Assembly: GCA_049510745.1 (NCBI GenBank)
Contig: JBEKYR010000008.1
Location: 1-64,000, forward strand
From: Verrucomicrobiota bacterium
Lineage (GTDB): Bacteria; Verrucomicrobiota; Verrucomicrobiia; Limisphaerales; Palsa-1400
Length of the DNA: 64,000 nt
Reading direction: 5' to 3'
Part shown: positions 8,351-17,677 of the stretch, piece by piece
How the letters are laid out: every line of letters starts with the position of its first letter
Position numbering within the stretch: the stretch's first letter is position 1
Made by a program: the position numbers and the translations under genes
Notes under the pieces: model-generated
The model's input: the letters and a program-made list of their open reading frames with translations, nothing else
Databases searched by the model: none
Told to the model about the DNA's origin: nothing

Positions 8351-8492
8351 GTTAATGCCGAAGCATCCTCACGGCTGGAGAATTCCGACTGCATGGTTAC
8401 GCACAGGTTGGCTAAGAAGGGCTGATTCGCATTCGTAGCGATTCTACAATCGTCTCGTTTCACAAGTTCTGGCTTGATCCGAAGCTTCGCGC

Positions 8493-9995
8493 GTGCTAAA
8501 TCTTGATTTGATGGTGACTCAAGGCAAAAACCGCCACTGCGGACAGTTTTTGAGACCCAGCTTGTTGGCCCTGTTGGGGTGCCTTCTTCTGTTCAGGCCC
8601 ATGTCTGGATCAGCTCAACTTCAATCCCTCGTCGCCAGCAATACGGCCTTTGCCCTGAACCTTTACGGCCAGCTCGCGACCAACCAGGGCAACCTTTTCT
8701 TCTCCCCTTACAGCATCTCGACCTGCCTGGCGATGACCTACGCTGGAGCGCGCGGCGAGACTGCGGCCCAAATGGCCCAAGTCATGGGGTTTGGCACCAA
8801 TCAGCCACAATTCGCTTCCCTCTTCGGACAACTCCTGTCCGAGATCGAAGCCGACCAACAAACCAACGCGCTCGAGCTAAACACCGCCGATGCGCTCTGG
8901 ATCCAGGAAGGCTATCCTTTCCTGCCCTCGTTTCTGGAAACGGCCACGAACCAATACCAGGCCAATCTCAACCAGGTTGACTTCGGCACCGAGGCGGCTG
9001 CGGCCACGCAGGATATCAACAACTGGGTGGCGCAGGAAACCCAGAACAAAATCCAAAATATTCTGCCGGCTGGCAGCATCAACGCCAGCACCCGGCTGGT
9101 TCTGGTTAACGCCATATACTTCCTGGGCGTCTGGACCGAGGCCTTTGCCGTAAGCAATACATTGACCCAGCCGTTCTACCTCTCCACCAACAGTCAAGTC
9201 CAGGTGCCCCTGATGCACCAGTTCGTCCCAACAATCATGGGCGGCAGCGGCCTGGCGTTCCCTTACATGGAATCCAGCAATTTCCAGGCGATAGAGCTGC
9301 CCTATGCCAGCAATCAGGTTTCGATGGTGATCCTGCTGCCCTCGCAAGTCGATGGCTGGCGGCAACTGGAGCAGCAGCTCTCTCCCGCGTTTCTTTCCGC
9401 CGTGCTCGCCCAAATGAGTCCGCGGTACATCGATATCTTTCTGCCAAGGTTTACATTGGAGTCTTCCTTCGACCTTTCGGAAACGCTGGAGAATATGGGT
9501 ATGCCGGATGCCTTCGCGCCGGGCGCAGCCGACTTTTCCGGGATCGACGGGGCGCAGGATCTCGTCATTTCCGACGTCTTGCACAAAGCGTGGGTGGCGG
9601 TTAACGAAGCAGGCACGGAAGCCGCTGCGACAACCGTCACGATCGTAACGCCTACAGTGGGGTTGATGTCGCCCGTCTTCCGGGCCGATCATCCGTTCCT
9701 TTTTTTCATCCGCGACACCCAATCGGGCAGCCTGCTCTTCTTGGGTCGGGTTGCGAACCCAAGCCCATCTGTCGCCAATGCCGCACCGGCGCTCCATTTG
9801 AGCCTCACCCCTTCAGGTCAGAGTCTGAACATTTCCTGGCCGTATCCTTCGACCGGCTGGACATTGCGGCAAAATCCGGATTTAAGCACGACCAATTGGA
9901 CGCCCAGCGGCGGTATCACCAATGACGGGACGAATAATTTCCTCAGCATCTCAACGCAGGCCGGAGCTTTGTTTTTCCGCTTGAGCCAACCCTGA
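8493..9995 (+). CDS. Serpin family protein with a C-terminal extra domain (start may be ATG 8511)
   Basis: NLFFSPYSI, LVLVNAIYF, hinge VNEAGTEAAA, FRADHPFLFFIRD...LFLGRV; extra ~70 aa tail ending FFRLSQP. Confidence 0.93.
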   Translation: MLNLDLMVTQGKNRHCGQFLRPSLLALLGCLLLFRPMSGSAQLQSLVASNTAFALNLYGQLATNQGNLFFSPYSISTCLAMTYAGARGETAAQMAQVMGFGTNQPQFASLFGQLLSEIEADQQTNALELNTADALWIQEGYPFLPSFLETATNQYQANLNQVDFGTEAAAATQDINNWVAQETQNKIQNILPAGSINASTRLVLVNAIYFLGVWTEAFAVSNTLTQPFYLSTNSQVQVPLMHQFVPTIMGGSGLAFPYMESSNFQAIELPYASNQVSMVILLPSQVDGWRQLEQQLSPAFLSAVLAQMSPRYIDIFLPRFTLESSFDLSETLENMGMPDAFAPGAADFSGIDGAQDLVISDVLHKAWVAVNEAGTEAAATTVTIVTPTVGLMSPVFRADHPFLFFIRDTQSGSLLFLGRVANPSPSVANAAPALHLSLTPSGQSLNISWPYPSTGWTLRQNPDLSTTNWTPSGGITNDGTNNFLSISTQAGALFFRLSQP

Positions 9996-10160
9996 TTCAC
10001 CTCTGCTGCTTAAACTCAATTGATCTATCAGCAATCTGAGTGCGCTCGCATCGCTCGGTGACGGTGTGTACCGGAGCCCCGACGCCACCGCAACCCGCCA
10101 TATCCGGCGCTTTTGCCAAGGCGCATGAGGCCTTCAACATGATCAAAGCGGGAGGGGGGA

Positions 10161-10189
10161 TTGACCAGGGCGGGTGTGTCGGCTAGGCT
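10161..10189 (+). promoter_or_regulatory. Putative sigma70 promoter
   Basis: TTGACC-17 nt-TAGGCT upstream of the beta-helix gene. Confidence 0.5.
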
Positions 10190-10219
10190 GCGGGGGTTCC
10201 AGTGAATCCTGAGACGCAT

Positions 10220-12052
10220 ATGAGAAAAAACATGGTCCATTTCTGTCTTCCCCGTCGGCTCCAGGCAGCCGTAATCCTTTTGCCGCTGATTTGGGGAGGC
10301 ATTTCATGTCTGGCGCAGCCGTCGGGCGGTCCTTATGGCCCTGTGCAACAAAGTTATGCGGTTCCGGCGGATGCCGCGCACATTTATTTTGTGGCGCCGG
10401 ACGGCAAGGCGGATGCCACGGGCGCGCGGCCGGATGCCCCGACAACGCTGGAGTCGGCGATCGAGAGGGTGACGACGGGGGATGCAATTGTGATGCGAGG
10501 CGGGACGTATCGGACGGGGAATTTGAAACTGAACCAGGGGATAACGATGCAGCCTTACGCAGACGAGCATCCGGTACTGAAAGGGACGAAGGTGGCGACG
10601 AATTGGGAGGGGCTTCGGGACGGTGTGTGGCGGACGAGCTGGCCGACGTTGTTTCCGCAGAAGCCGGCGGATTGGTGGCGACGGGAACGGGAAGGGATGC
10701 GGACGCCGCTGCACCGTTTCAACAATGATATGGTGTTTGTGGATGGACGGCGGTTGATGTCGGCGGGTTGGGAAGGCGAGTTGACGACGAACAATTTCCA
10801 CATTGATTACGAGCACGGGCAGGTATTCATCGGATTCAATCCGGCGGGACATTTGATGGAGATTACGGCGTTCGACAGCGGGCTGATCCGGACGACAGGC
10901 GATGTGCATGGGAAGAAGTCGGACGGCCGCGGGCTGGTGATGCGGGGGGTGACGCTGACACAGTACGCATTTCGCGCGATCGAGGTCGAAGGGCGCGAGC
11001 CGGAAGGCGTGGCGGACGAGTCCACGTTCGGGAAGGACGTGGTGGGGTCAGTGTTCGAGAACGTGACCATTTCGCATTGTTCGCGCGTGGCGGGATATTT
11101 TCACGGGGACCGGACGGTGTTCCGGAATTGCCGGATCAGCGACACGAGCACGGAGGGGATTTACCTGATTGCGTCGTCGGACTGTCTGCTGGAGCGGAAC
11201 ATTTTTGCGCGGAACAACGTGCAGCGGATCACGGGGTATTTTCCGGCGGCGGTGAAGATTTTCAACCAGACGCACCGGGTGGTGTGCCGGGACAACGTGG
11301 TGATGGACCAGCCGGACTCGAACGGGATCTGGTACGACGTGGGGAACCAGGACGGGGTATTTGTCAACAATTTGGTGGAAGGCTGTGTGGACGGGTTTTT
11401 CTTTGAGATCTCCAAGCGGGTGATCTGCGCGGGGAATGTGTTTGTCAATTGCGACAAAGGCGTGCGGGTTTTGAACAGCACCAACGCGCAGGTTTATCAC
11501 AACACGTTTGTCAACACAGTGGCGTCGTTCGAGCGCACCGAGCGCAGCGCGGTGAACGATCACTTCGGGTGGCATCCGAGCACGGGACCGGCGGTGGAGG
11601 AGCGGGACGGCCACAGTTTCGTGGGAAACCTGCTGACAGGGGACGAGAATTTTCACAAGCCGCTGCTGCGATTCGAGCAAACCAAGGCGCTGTGCGGCAA
11701 GCTGACGAAGCCGCAGGTGGCGCGGCTGGACGACAATGTGTATGTGCGGCGCGGCGGCTCGGGCGGGCAGGCATTGATGGTGTGGAGTCCGGTCGAGGGG
11801 GAGAATTGCGTGACGGAATTGAACAATTTGGAGGAGCTGCGGCGGGTGCGTCCGGAGTATGAGGCGCACGGGATTTTCGTCACGGATTGGTATGGCTCGG
11901 TCTTCAAGGGACCGGAATTGGGAAACTACGCGCTGAACGGGAGCCTGAGGCATGCCGTGGCCGGACAGATGCCGGCGGAGGTCCAGAAGGTGCTCGGTTG
12001 GGCGACGGAGGGATCGTGCGAGCCCGGCGCATACCAGACACCGGGCCAATGA
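10220..12052 (+). CDS. Secreted right-handed beta-helix protein (possible carbohydrate-active enzyme)
   Basis: Signal peptide, YFVAPDG...GDAIVMRGGTY, GIWYD/GFFFE parallel beta-helix motifs; start uncertain (10202, 10220 or 10232). Confidence 0.8.
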   Translation: MRKNMVHFCLPRRLQAAVILLPLIWGGISCLAQPSGGPYGPVQQSYAVPADAAHIYFVAPDGKADATGARPDAPTTLESAIERVTTGDAIVMRGGTYRTGNLKLNQGITMQPYADEHPVLKGTKVATNWEGLRDGVWRTSWPTLFPQKPADWWRREREGMRTPLHRFNNDMVFVDGRRLMSAGWEGELTTNNFHIDYEHGQVFIGFNPAGHLMEITAFDSGLIRTTGDVHGKKSDGRGLVMRGVTLTQYAFRAIEVEGREPEGVADESTFGKDVVGSVFENVTISHCSRVAGYFHGDRTVFRNCRISDTSTEGIYLIASSDCLLERNIFARNNVQRITGYFPAAVKIFNQTHRVVCRDNVVMDQPDSNGIWYDVGNQDGVFVNNLVEGCVDGFFFEISKRVICAGNVFVNCDKGVRVLNSTNAQVYHNTFVNTVASFERTERSAVNDHFGWHPSTGPAVEERDGHSFVGNLLTGDENFHKPLLRFEQTKALCGKLTKPQVARLDDNVYVRRGGSGGQALMVWSPVEGENCVTELNNLEELRRVRPEYEAHGIFVTDWYGSVFKGPELGNYALNGSLRHAVAGQMPAEVQKVLGWATEGSCEPGAYQTPGQ

Positions 12053-12235
12053 GCACCACGCCTTTCGCCGCCTTGTCAGCACCGCCAATTCTCCGCCCCG
12101 GGTGGCGCCCGTGTACACCAGCTTGCGCTGCAACAGCATGCACTGCTATTTGGCCAGAGATATGGCCGAGTCGCCTGGCGGGCGGGGTGACAATTTGCAT
12201 GACCGACGAGGAAAGCTTGCCCTGGAGGAGTTCAA

Positions 12236-12438
12236 TCAGGGAATTGGTTTTGCCGGCGCATTGCCGCGCCCAATTCTCCGAAGCCATGTGCGGTCGTCCG
12301 GGGACAGGTCTGGAAACAGCCTCAAACCGCAGGCGTGAGCAACGGCCCGGCAGCCGCTTGCGGAGTCGAAACTGAGGTTTGGTAATAGAGGGAGAAAAGC
12401 CAATTGGTATCGGCAAAGGCTATTCGGGTCTGAGGCAT
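12236..12438 (-). pseudogene. Internally deleted, frameshifted PIN-domain (VapC-like) toxin
   Basis: ATG 12438 gives MPQTRIAFADTNWLFSLYYQT (PIN N-terminus). Another frame, 12376-12236, gives LSFDSASGCRAVAHACGLRLFPDL (PIN C-terminus). Confidence 0.65.
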
Positions 12439-12620
12439 AGCTCGTAAGCCTTCGGGTCGGCTGCCGGAGCGGGCCGCTTTAACACTTCCCGCCAATCCGG
12501 GGGCGGGGCGAGCGACAATTCGCGCTCGACCAATTCGTTGAGCTTTTCACTCACGTTCCCAAAGGCCTCCTGCAGTTGCCTCTTGGACCGTCTGGGGCGG
12601 AAAGTAATGGTCTCACGCAT
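12420..12620 (-). CDS. Small putative antitoxin (ribbon-helix-helix-like)
   Basis: MRETITFRP...NVSEKLNELVEREL; overlaps the start of the PIN remnant; TTGACA-16 nt-TACCAT ends 6 nt upstream of the ATG. Confidence 0.6.
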   Translation of the reverse strand: MRETITFRPRRSKRQLQEAFGNVSEKLNELVERELSLAPPPDWREVLKRPAPAADPKAYELCLRPE

Positions 12621-12828
12621 ACCAAAATGGTAAGACAACCCTCCCTATTGTCAAGGGCGGAGATTTGCCTGAACGCTCTCGAACAGGTCCGTCGCCGATT
12701 CAACTTCGCCGGCCCGCCCGTTGGCTGAGTCCACAAGCACATCGAATGATCCGTGAAAAACCCCCAAAAAAGTCTGTGCGAGTCCGCTTGCATCCCGGCG
12801 GCCATCGGCCTTAATCTCCCGCCGTACA

Positions 12829-13911
12829 ATGGCGTCGCGACATAAAATACTGCTTTTGGACGACGACGAGCAGATGCTGGAGTTATATCAGGAACTGCTC
12901 CGCAACCTGCCCAGCCAGCCGGAGGTCACCACCTCCAGTTCGGGGGCGCGCGCCATCGCGCTGCTGGAATCCGAGCCGTTCACGTTGCTCATCACGGATT
13001 TGCGCATGCCGAAAATGGACGGGTTGCAAGTGCTGGCCATTGTGCGGCGCAAATACCCCCAGTTGCGCATCATCGTTTTGACCGGTGTTCTGGATGAAGA
13101 ATATCGCTCGCGCGCCTACGCCCTGGGGGTGGACTTGTTCTGGCAAAAACCGAGCAGCTCCGAGGAATTTCAATTCTTCAAGGACTGCATCGAATCGCTC
13201 CTGGGCCGCGAAGTGGCCACCGAAGGCGGCTTCCGCGGCATGCAAAGCAAGAGCCTGGTGGACTTGATCCAACTGGAGTGCCTCTCGCAAAGCTCTTCGG
13301 TCCTCCGCATCACCCAGGGGAGCGTCGAGGGCAAAATCTGGGTGCAGGAAGGGGAAATCATCGACGCCGCCGCCGGCGAGTTCAAAGGGGAAGCGGCCTT
13401 CAAGGAGATTCTGTCCTGGAAAAGCGGCAATTTTGAAATCCAGCCGGCCGAGGCCAACCACCCGCGCACGATCACCGGCTCCTCCCAGGGGCTTCTGCTG
13501 GACTCGGCCCAGGCGCTGGACGAATGGCGCGGCCAGCAGTCGGGCAAGCCGGGCGAAGGCGCAACGGCCGCCCCGGCCAGTTCCGCCCTGGCCCCGCTGG
13601 CGAAATTCGAGGGCGTTGAATTCGTCTTGACCATGGGGCCGGAGGAAAAGTCGCCCTGCGAATCCTGGGGCCTGGAGAACTCCAAGGAAATCTCCGCCTG
13701 GGCGTGGGACGCCCAAAAACACCTGCGCGAATTGGGCGACAAATTGGGGGCGGGCGCTCTGGCCCAGGTTTCGGGCTTCGGCTTGCATCGCCACTGGGCC
13801 TTGGCCCACTCCGACCAAAAGGGCCTCCTCTGCACCGGCTTCCGCCGCTCCATGCCCAAGGAGAAAGTCGATCAAACCATGAAACACATCTTCACCAAAT
13901 GGGTCTCCTGA
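12829..13911 (+). CDS. Response regulator: receiver + DUF4388/PATAN-like domain + C-terminal domain
   Basis: ILLLDDD...ITDLRMPKMDG...KP receiver; GFRGMQSKSLVDLIQLECL...GKIWVQEGEIIDA...LLLDSAQALDE. Confidence 0.88.
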   Translation: MASRHKILLLDDDEQMLELYQELLRNLPSQPEVTTSSSGARAIALLESEPFTLLITDLRMPKMDGLQVLAIVRRKYPQLRIIVLTGVLDEEYRSRAYALGVDLFWQKPSSSEEFQFFKDCIESLLGREVATEGGFRGMQSKSLVDLIQLECLSQSSSVLRITQGSVEGKIWVQEGEIIDAAAGEFKGEAAFKEILSWKSGNFEIQPAEANHPRTITGSSQGLLLDSAQALDEWRGQQSGKPGEGATAAPASSALAPLAKFEGVEFVLTMGPEEKSPCESWGLENSKEISAWAWDAQKHLRELGDKLGAGALAQVSGFGLHRHWALAHSDQKGLLCTGFRRSMPKEKVDQTMKHIFTKWVS

Positions 13912-14204
13912 ACAAAGACAAAGCTCCCAAACCGGAGTTGAAGCGCCTGCCCACCGGCAGCTTCACCGTCGATGCCCACGGCCAGGTCGTCAGCTCGACC
14001 GTCCCCCAAACCATCCCGCCCGCCCTGGTGCGCGACATCGGCCAGCGCATCGTCGCCGTCTTCGCGGGGGCCCGCAAGGCGCAGTTGCCCTTCTCCGAGT
14101 TGGTGGTGCAGTTCGCCTCCTTTAAAATCACCGCGCGCGAAATGCGCGGCGGCGCCATTATTTTCCTCTCCCCCAAGGCCCTGCAATGGGTCTCACGTTC
14201 CTAA
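13899..14204 (+). CDS. Hypothetical protein, roadblock-like
   Basis: Overlaps upstream stop; SFTVDAHGQVVSS...ELVVQFASFKITAREMRGGAIIFL. Confidence 0.65.
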   Translation: MGLLNKDKAPKPELKRLPTGSFTVDAHGQVVSSTVPQTIPPALVRDIGQRIVAVFAGARKAQLPFSELVVQFASFKITAREMRGGAIIFLSPKALQWVSRS

Positions 14205-14211
14205 CCGGCTT

Positions 14212-14616
14212 ATGCGCAACAAGAAACTGGACAACCTGATCGTTCAACTGGAAAACTATTTGGAGTGCCTCAAGCAGTTCAATTACTTCGTCACCCTGGC
14301 CCGCGGCAAAAAATTCGCCGAAGAGGACGAGAACCAGTTCCTGGAGGTCAAATCCCTCATCGTGCAGGAACTCGAACTCATCACCGCCGCCGTCGAATGC
14401 GTCTCGCCCTCGCGCGAGGACGTTCATGGCTTGATCAGCTCCGCCCCTTCCCTGCGCTATCTGAGCGACAGCAACGAAGGCAACTTGCGCGGCCTGGAGA
14501 ATCATTGGCACAAGGTCTATGTCGGTTTCCAGGCCATTCTCGGCCAGCTCAAAGTCCAGCAGCGCCAGATCGAAGCCCAATCCGTCTTCGGCTCCATGTT
14601 CAGCAGAAAGAAATGA
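14212..14616 (+). CDS. Hypothetical helical protein
   Basis: ATG 7 nt after upstream stop; coding-like codon usage. Confidence 0.75.
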   Translation: MRNKKLDNLIVQLENYLECLKQFNYFVTLARGKKFAEEDENQFLEVKSLIVQELELITAAVECVSPSREDVHGLISSAPSLRYLSDSNEGNLRGLENHWHKVYVGFQAILGQLKVQQRQIEAQSVFGSMFSRKK

Positions 14617-14643
14617 CGCCCCGCACTCAGCCGTTGCCAGCCC

Positions 14644-15459
14644 ATGACTGATCCGCTTACCGCGCTCATTCTCGGTGTCGTCGAAGGCATCACCGAATTT
14701 CTTCCCGTCTCCTCCACCGGCCACCTCCTCATCGCCCAGCAATGGCTGCCCCGGCAGAGCGACCTCTTCAACGTCGTCATCCAGGCCGGCGCCGTCCTGG
14801 CGGTCATCCCGCTCTTTCACCACCGCTTCCATCAATTCATCTTCAACTGGCGCGAAAAGGCCGTGCGCGATTATTTCCTGAAAATTGTCGCCGCCTTTGT
14901 CATCACCGGCGCCGGCGGCTACATGCTGGAAAAGCACGGATTCAAACTGCCCGAAAAACTTTTGCCGGTTGCCATCGCCCTCTTCACCGGCGGCGTGCTC
15001 TTCCTGGTCGTGGAACGCTGGCTGGCCAAAACCGGCCGCAGCCAGGGCCGCGGCGAACTGGCCGACGTGACCTGGACCTTGGCGGTGGCTGTCGGGCTTG
15101 GGCAACTCATTGCGGCGGCGTTTCCGGGCGCATCGCGCTCAGGAACGACGATTATACTTGCTTTGATCCTGGGCCTGGGCCGGCCCCTGGCGACGGAATA
15201 CTCCTTTCTGGTCAGCATTCCGACGATGCTGGCCGCCAGCGGTTACAAGATTTTCGAAACCTTCCATCATCCCATAGCCGGCGCGGCGCCCGAGAACTGG
15301 CGGATGGTGATACTGGCCTCGGTGATTGCCGCCGTCGTATCATTCATCGCGGTCAAATGGCTGTTGCGCTACGTGCAGACCCACACCTTTGTAGCCTTTG
15401 GCTGGTATCGCATCGCCGTCGGGGCGGCCGCCTTCGCCCTCCTGGCCCTCGGTCACTAG
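14644..15459 (+). CDS. uppP: Undecaprenyl-diphosphate phosphatase
   Basis: GVVEGITEFLPVSSTGHL, PGASRSGTTI. Confidence 0.96.
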   Translation: MTDPLTALILGVVEGITEFLPVSSTGHLLIAQQWLPRQSDLFNVVIQAGAVLAVIPLFHHRFHQFIFNWREKAVRDYFLKIVAAFVITGAGGYMLEKHGFKLPEKLLPVAIALFTGGVLFLVVERWLAKTGRSQGRGELADVTWTLAVAVGLGQLIAAAFPGASRSGTTIILALILGLGRPLATEYSFLVSIPTMLAASGYKIFETFHHPIAGAAPENWRMVILASVIAAVVSFIAVKWLLRYVQTHTFVAFGWYRIAVGAAAFALLALGH

Positions 15460-15540
15460 CCTGGAGGCGACGCGCAAATATCGAGTCTAAGGTAGGGGTG
15501 ACTTTGGCGAAAAACGCGGCGCGGAAGCCCTTGCTTTGAA

Positions 15541-15643
15541 AATAGCCCAGCCATTTATGGCTGGGTAAAGCGTCAAACAAACCAATCAAGTCCCGTCAGG
15601 GACGGAAGAAATGTTCGTACGCCCGTGGATTTCTTTCGTCCCT
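15541..15643. repeat. Truncated REP/REPIN-like palindromic element
   Basis: AATAG + palindrome CCCAGCCAT-TT-ATGGCTGGG; hairpin GTCCC-GTCA-GGGAC; AGGGACGGAAGAA (15598-15610) pairs with TTCTTTCGTCCCT (15631-15643). Confidence 0.65.
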
Positions 15644-16023
15644 TTTGTCCCTTCCGTCCCATCCGATTCTTTCATAATGAGCCTCCCTTTCAGGAGGTGT
15701 GGGCTAATCCTAATCGTTGCTCCGACCCGTCCGACCCGTCCGATCCCCTCTTTCAATCATTCCGTAATCGCCCGTCGTTATTTTGATGGAGCTCGGGGAT
15801 TTTGATGCGGCTTCTGTTGTGCGTCGCGCGACGCCGCCGAGAGCGGAGGAGTACAATTTCAATCAGGGTATCGTAGAGTGATTGGGCCGCGTAACCAGCG
15901 CGCTGCACGCGAACCGCCGCTATGCGATAGCGGCATTGCCTTATCTGATACTGGTATTCCCCGGCGCCGCCGCTCGCCTAATGGGGAGACGGCCCAATTC
16001 ATTCCAGTTTTCGCTCATTGAAA

Positions 16024-17547
16024 TCAGTAAATCCTCACGGTCAAATGGTGCTTGTCCAGGATGGTGCCCTCGAACTGGGCCAGTTGGGCCAGGGCTTCGT
16101 TGTAATCGGCCAGCGCGCGGATTTCCGCGGAGCGGGCGGTGGTCAAATTGCTTTGCAATTGGAGCACGACGAAGGGGGTGCTGGTGCCGACCTGGAGCTT
16201 CTTTTCTTCGGCGGCCAGGGCTTGCTCGGCATAGACGCGGGCTTCGCGCGTGGCATCGACCTGCGCCAGATCGCTTCGGGCGCTTTCGATGGTGTTCTGG
16301 ACCTGAATGAGCATGGTTTGTTCGGCAAGTTGGTATTCCAGTTGGGCCTGTTGAATGGCGGCTTTGGCGGCTTTGTAGTTGTTGCGCGCCCCTTTGTTGC
16401 TCAACGGAAAACTCAGGATCATGCCGTAAGAATAGGAGGGATAATCGTTGCGCGGGATCTGGTCATAGGCCCCGCCGAGAGCCGAACTCAGCCCGCTGCG
16501 CCCGTAACTGCCTGTCAAGTCTAATTGCGGGAAAAGCTGGTTCTTCTGCAAGCGCCGGTTGATGTCCGCCCTCTCCTGGTTGACCCGCGCCGCCAGAACG
16601 TCCGGCCGTTTGGCCAGCCCGGTCTGCCAGCTTTCCTGCAAGTCGAAGACCTGCGGCACGGCGACCAGTTTGTCGGCCGGTTGCAGTTGGATGTCGTGCA
16701 TTTGCCGGTACCGGTCGGTGATGAGCGCCTTGAGATTATTCTCGTCGGTCATGACCAATTGCCGCGCGGCCAGGAGCGCGGCCCGGGCCGAGGCGAGTTG
16801 GGAGAGGGATTGGGAGACATCCAGCACGGTCAGGACCCCGGCCTGCACCTTGCGCTTGTTTTCGGACACCAGTTGATCGGCCAGGGCGACGGCCTCTTCC
16901 TGCACCTTGACGTTCTCAAAGGCGTAGTTCAGTTCGTCGTAAGCCTGCTCGACGGCGCTGATGTTGGTGTTGACCAACTGCCGGAAAGCCAATTCGTCAT
17001 ACTGCAACGTCTTTTTGGCGATGAGGATCGTCGCCCGCGTGGTGTCGATCCAAAAATTCTTCAGCAACGGCTGGTCGAGCGTCAGGCCGGCGAAGGTTTT
17101 GTTCTGGGTGAACGGGGCCAAAGGGACGCCGTTGCTATCGAAGCGCGTGTAGGCGCTCCGGTCCAGAGAAACCCCCAGGTTGTACTGCAAACCCCACGGA
17201 GTCAAGGCGTTACTGCCGTTGATGCCTCCGATGCCCATCGTGTAATTGTGGTCGTTGACATCCTGAGACGGGGACTGGAGGCCATTGAAAATCTGGCCGG
17301 GCTGGGCGGTGTAGGTGTCTTTGGCGCTGGAATTGAAGCTGGCGTCGTAAGCGCCGTAGTTGGCCTCCAGCGCGAAGCGGTCGAGCAGCGGGTTGAACCG
17401 CTGGATTTGGACGCTCAGGTTGTGTTCCAAGGCCATCCGCACGGCCTCCTCCAGGGAAATGGACTGGACCTTGTTGGTTTGGGCTGCGACATGGACCGCA
17501 AGACCGAGGATGCAACCTGCCAGGCAGGCAAAACCAAAGCGTTTCAT
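16024..17547 (-). CDS. TolC family outer-membrane protein
   Basis: Signal peptide, ISLEEAVRMALEHNL, QPLLKN, two OEP-like helical repeats. Confidence 0.9.
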   Translation of the reverse strand: MKRFGFACLAGCILGLAVHVAAQTNKVQSISLEEAVRMALEHNLSVQIQRFNPLLDRFALEANYGAYDASFNSSAKDTYTAQPGQIFNGLQSPSQDVNDHNYTMGIGGINGSNALTPWGLQYNLGVSLDRSAYTRFDSNGVPLAPFTQNKTFAGLTLDQPLLKNFWIDTTRATILIAKKTLQYDELAFRQLVNTNISAVEQAYDELNYAFENVKVQEEAVALADQLVSENKRKVQAGVLTVLDVSQSLSQLASARAALLAARQLVMTDENNLKALITDRYRQMHDIQLQPADKLVAVPQVFDLQESWQTGLAKRPDVLAARVNQERADINRRLQKNQLFPQLDLTGSYGRSGLSSALGGAYDQIPRNDYPSYSYGMILSFPLSNKGARNNYKAAKAAIQQAQLEYQLAEQTMLIQVQNTIESARSDLAQVDATREARVYAEQALAAEEKKLQVGTSTPFVVLQLQSNLTTARSAEIRALADYNEALAQLAQFEGTILDKHHLTVRIY

Positions 17548-17677
17548 TTTGAGCTTTTTGACGGGGCGGAGTGTGCCCGGCTTCAATTGGTTCGTCAAAT
17601 ACGCAGTTGGTTGACGGAGCCGCCAGTTTCGTCTTGCGAGGGGCGGGCTGGATTTGTTAATAATGCATCACAATTTT

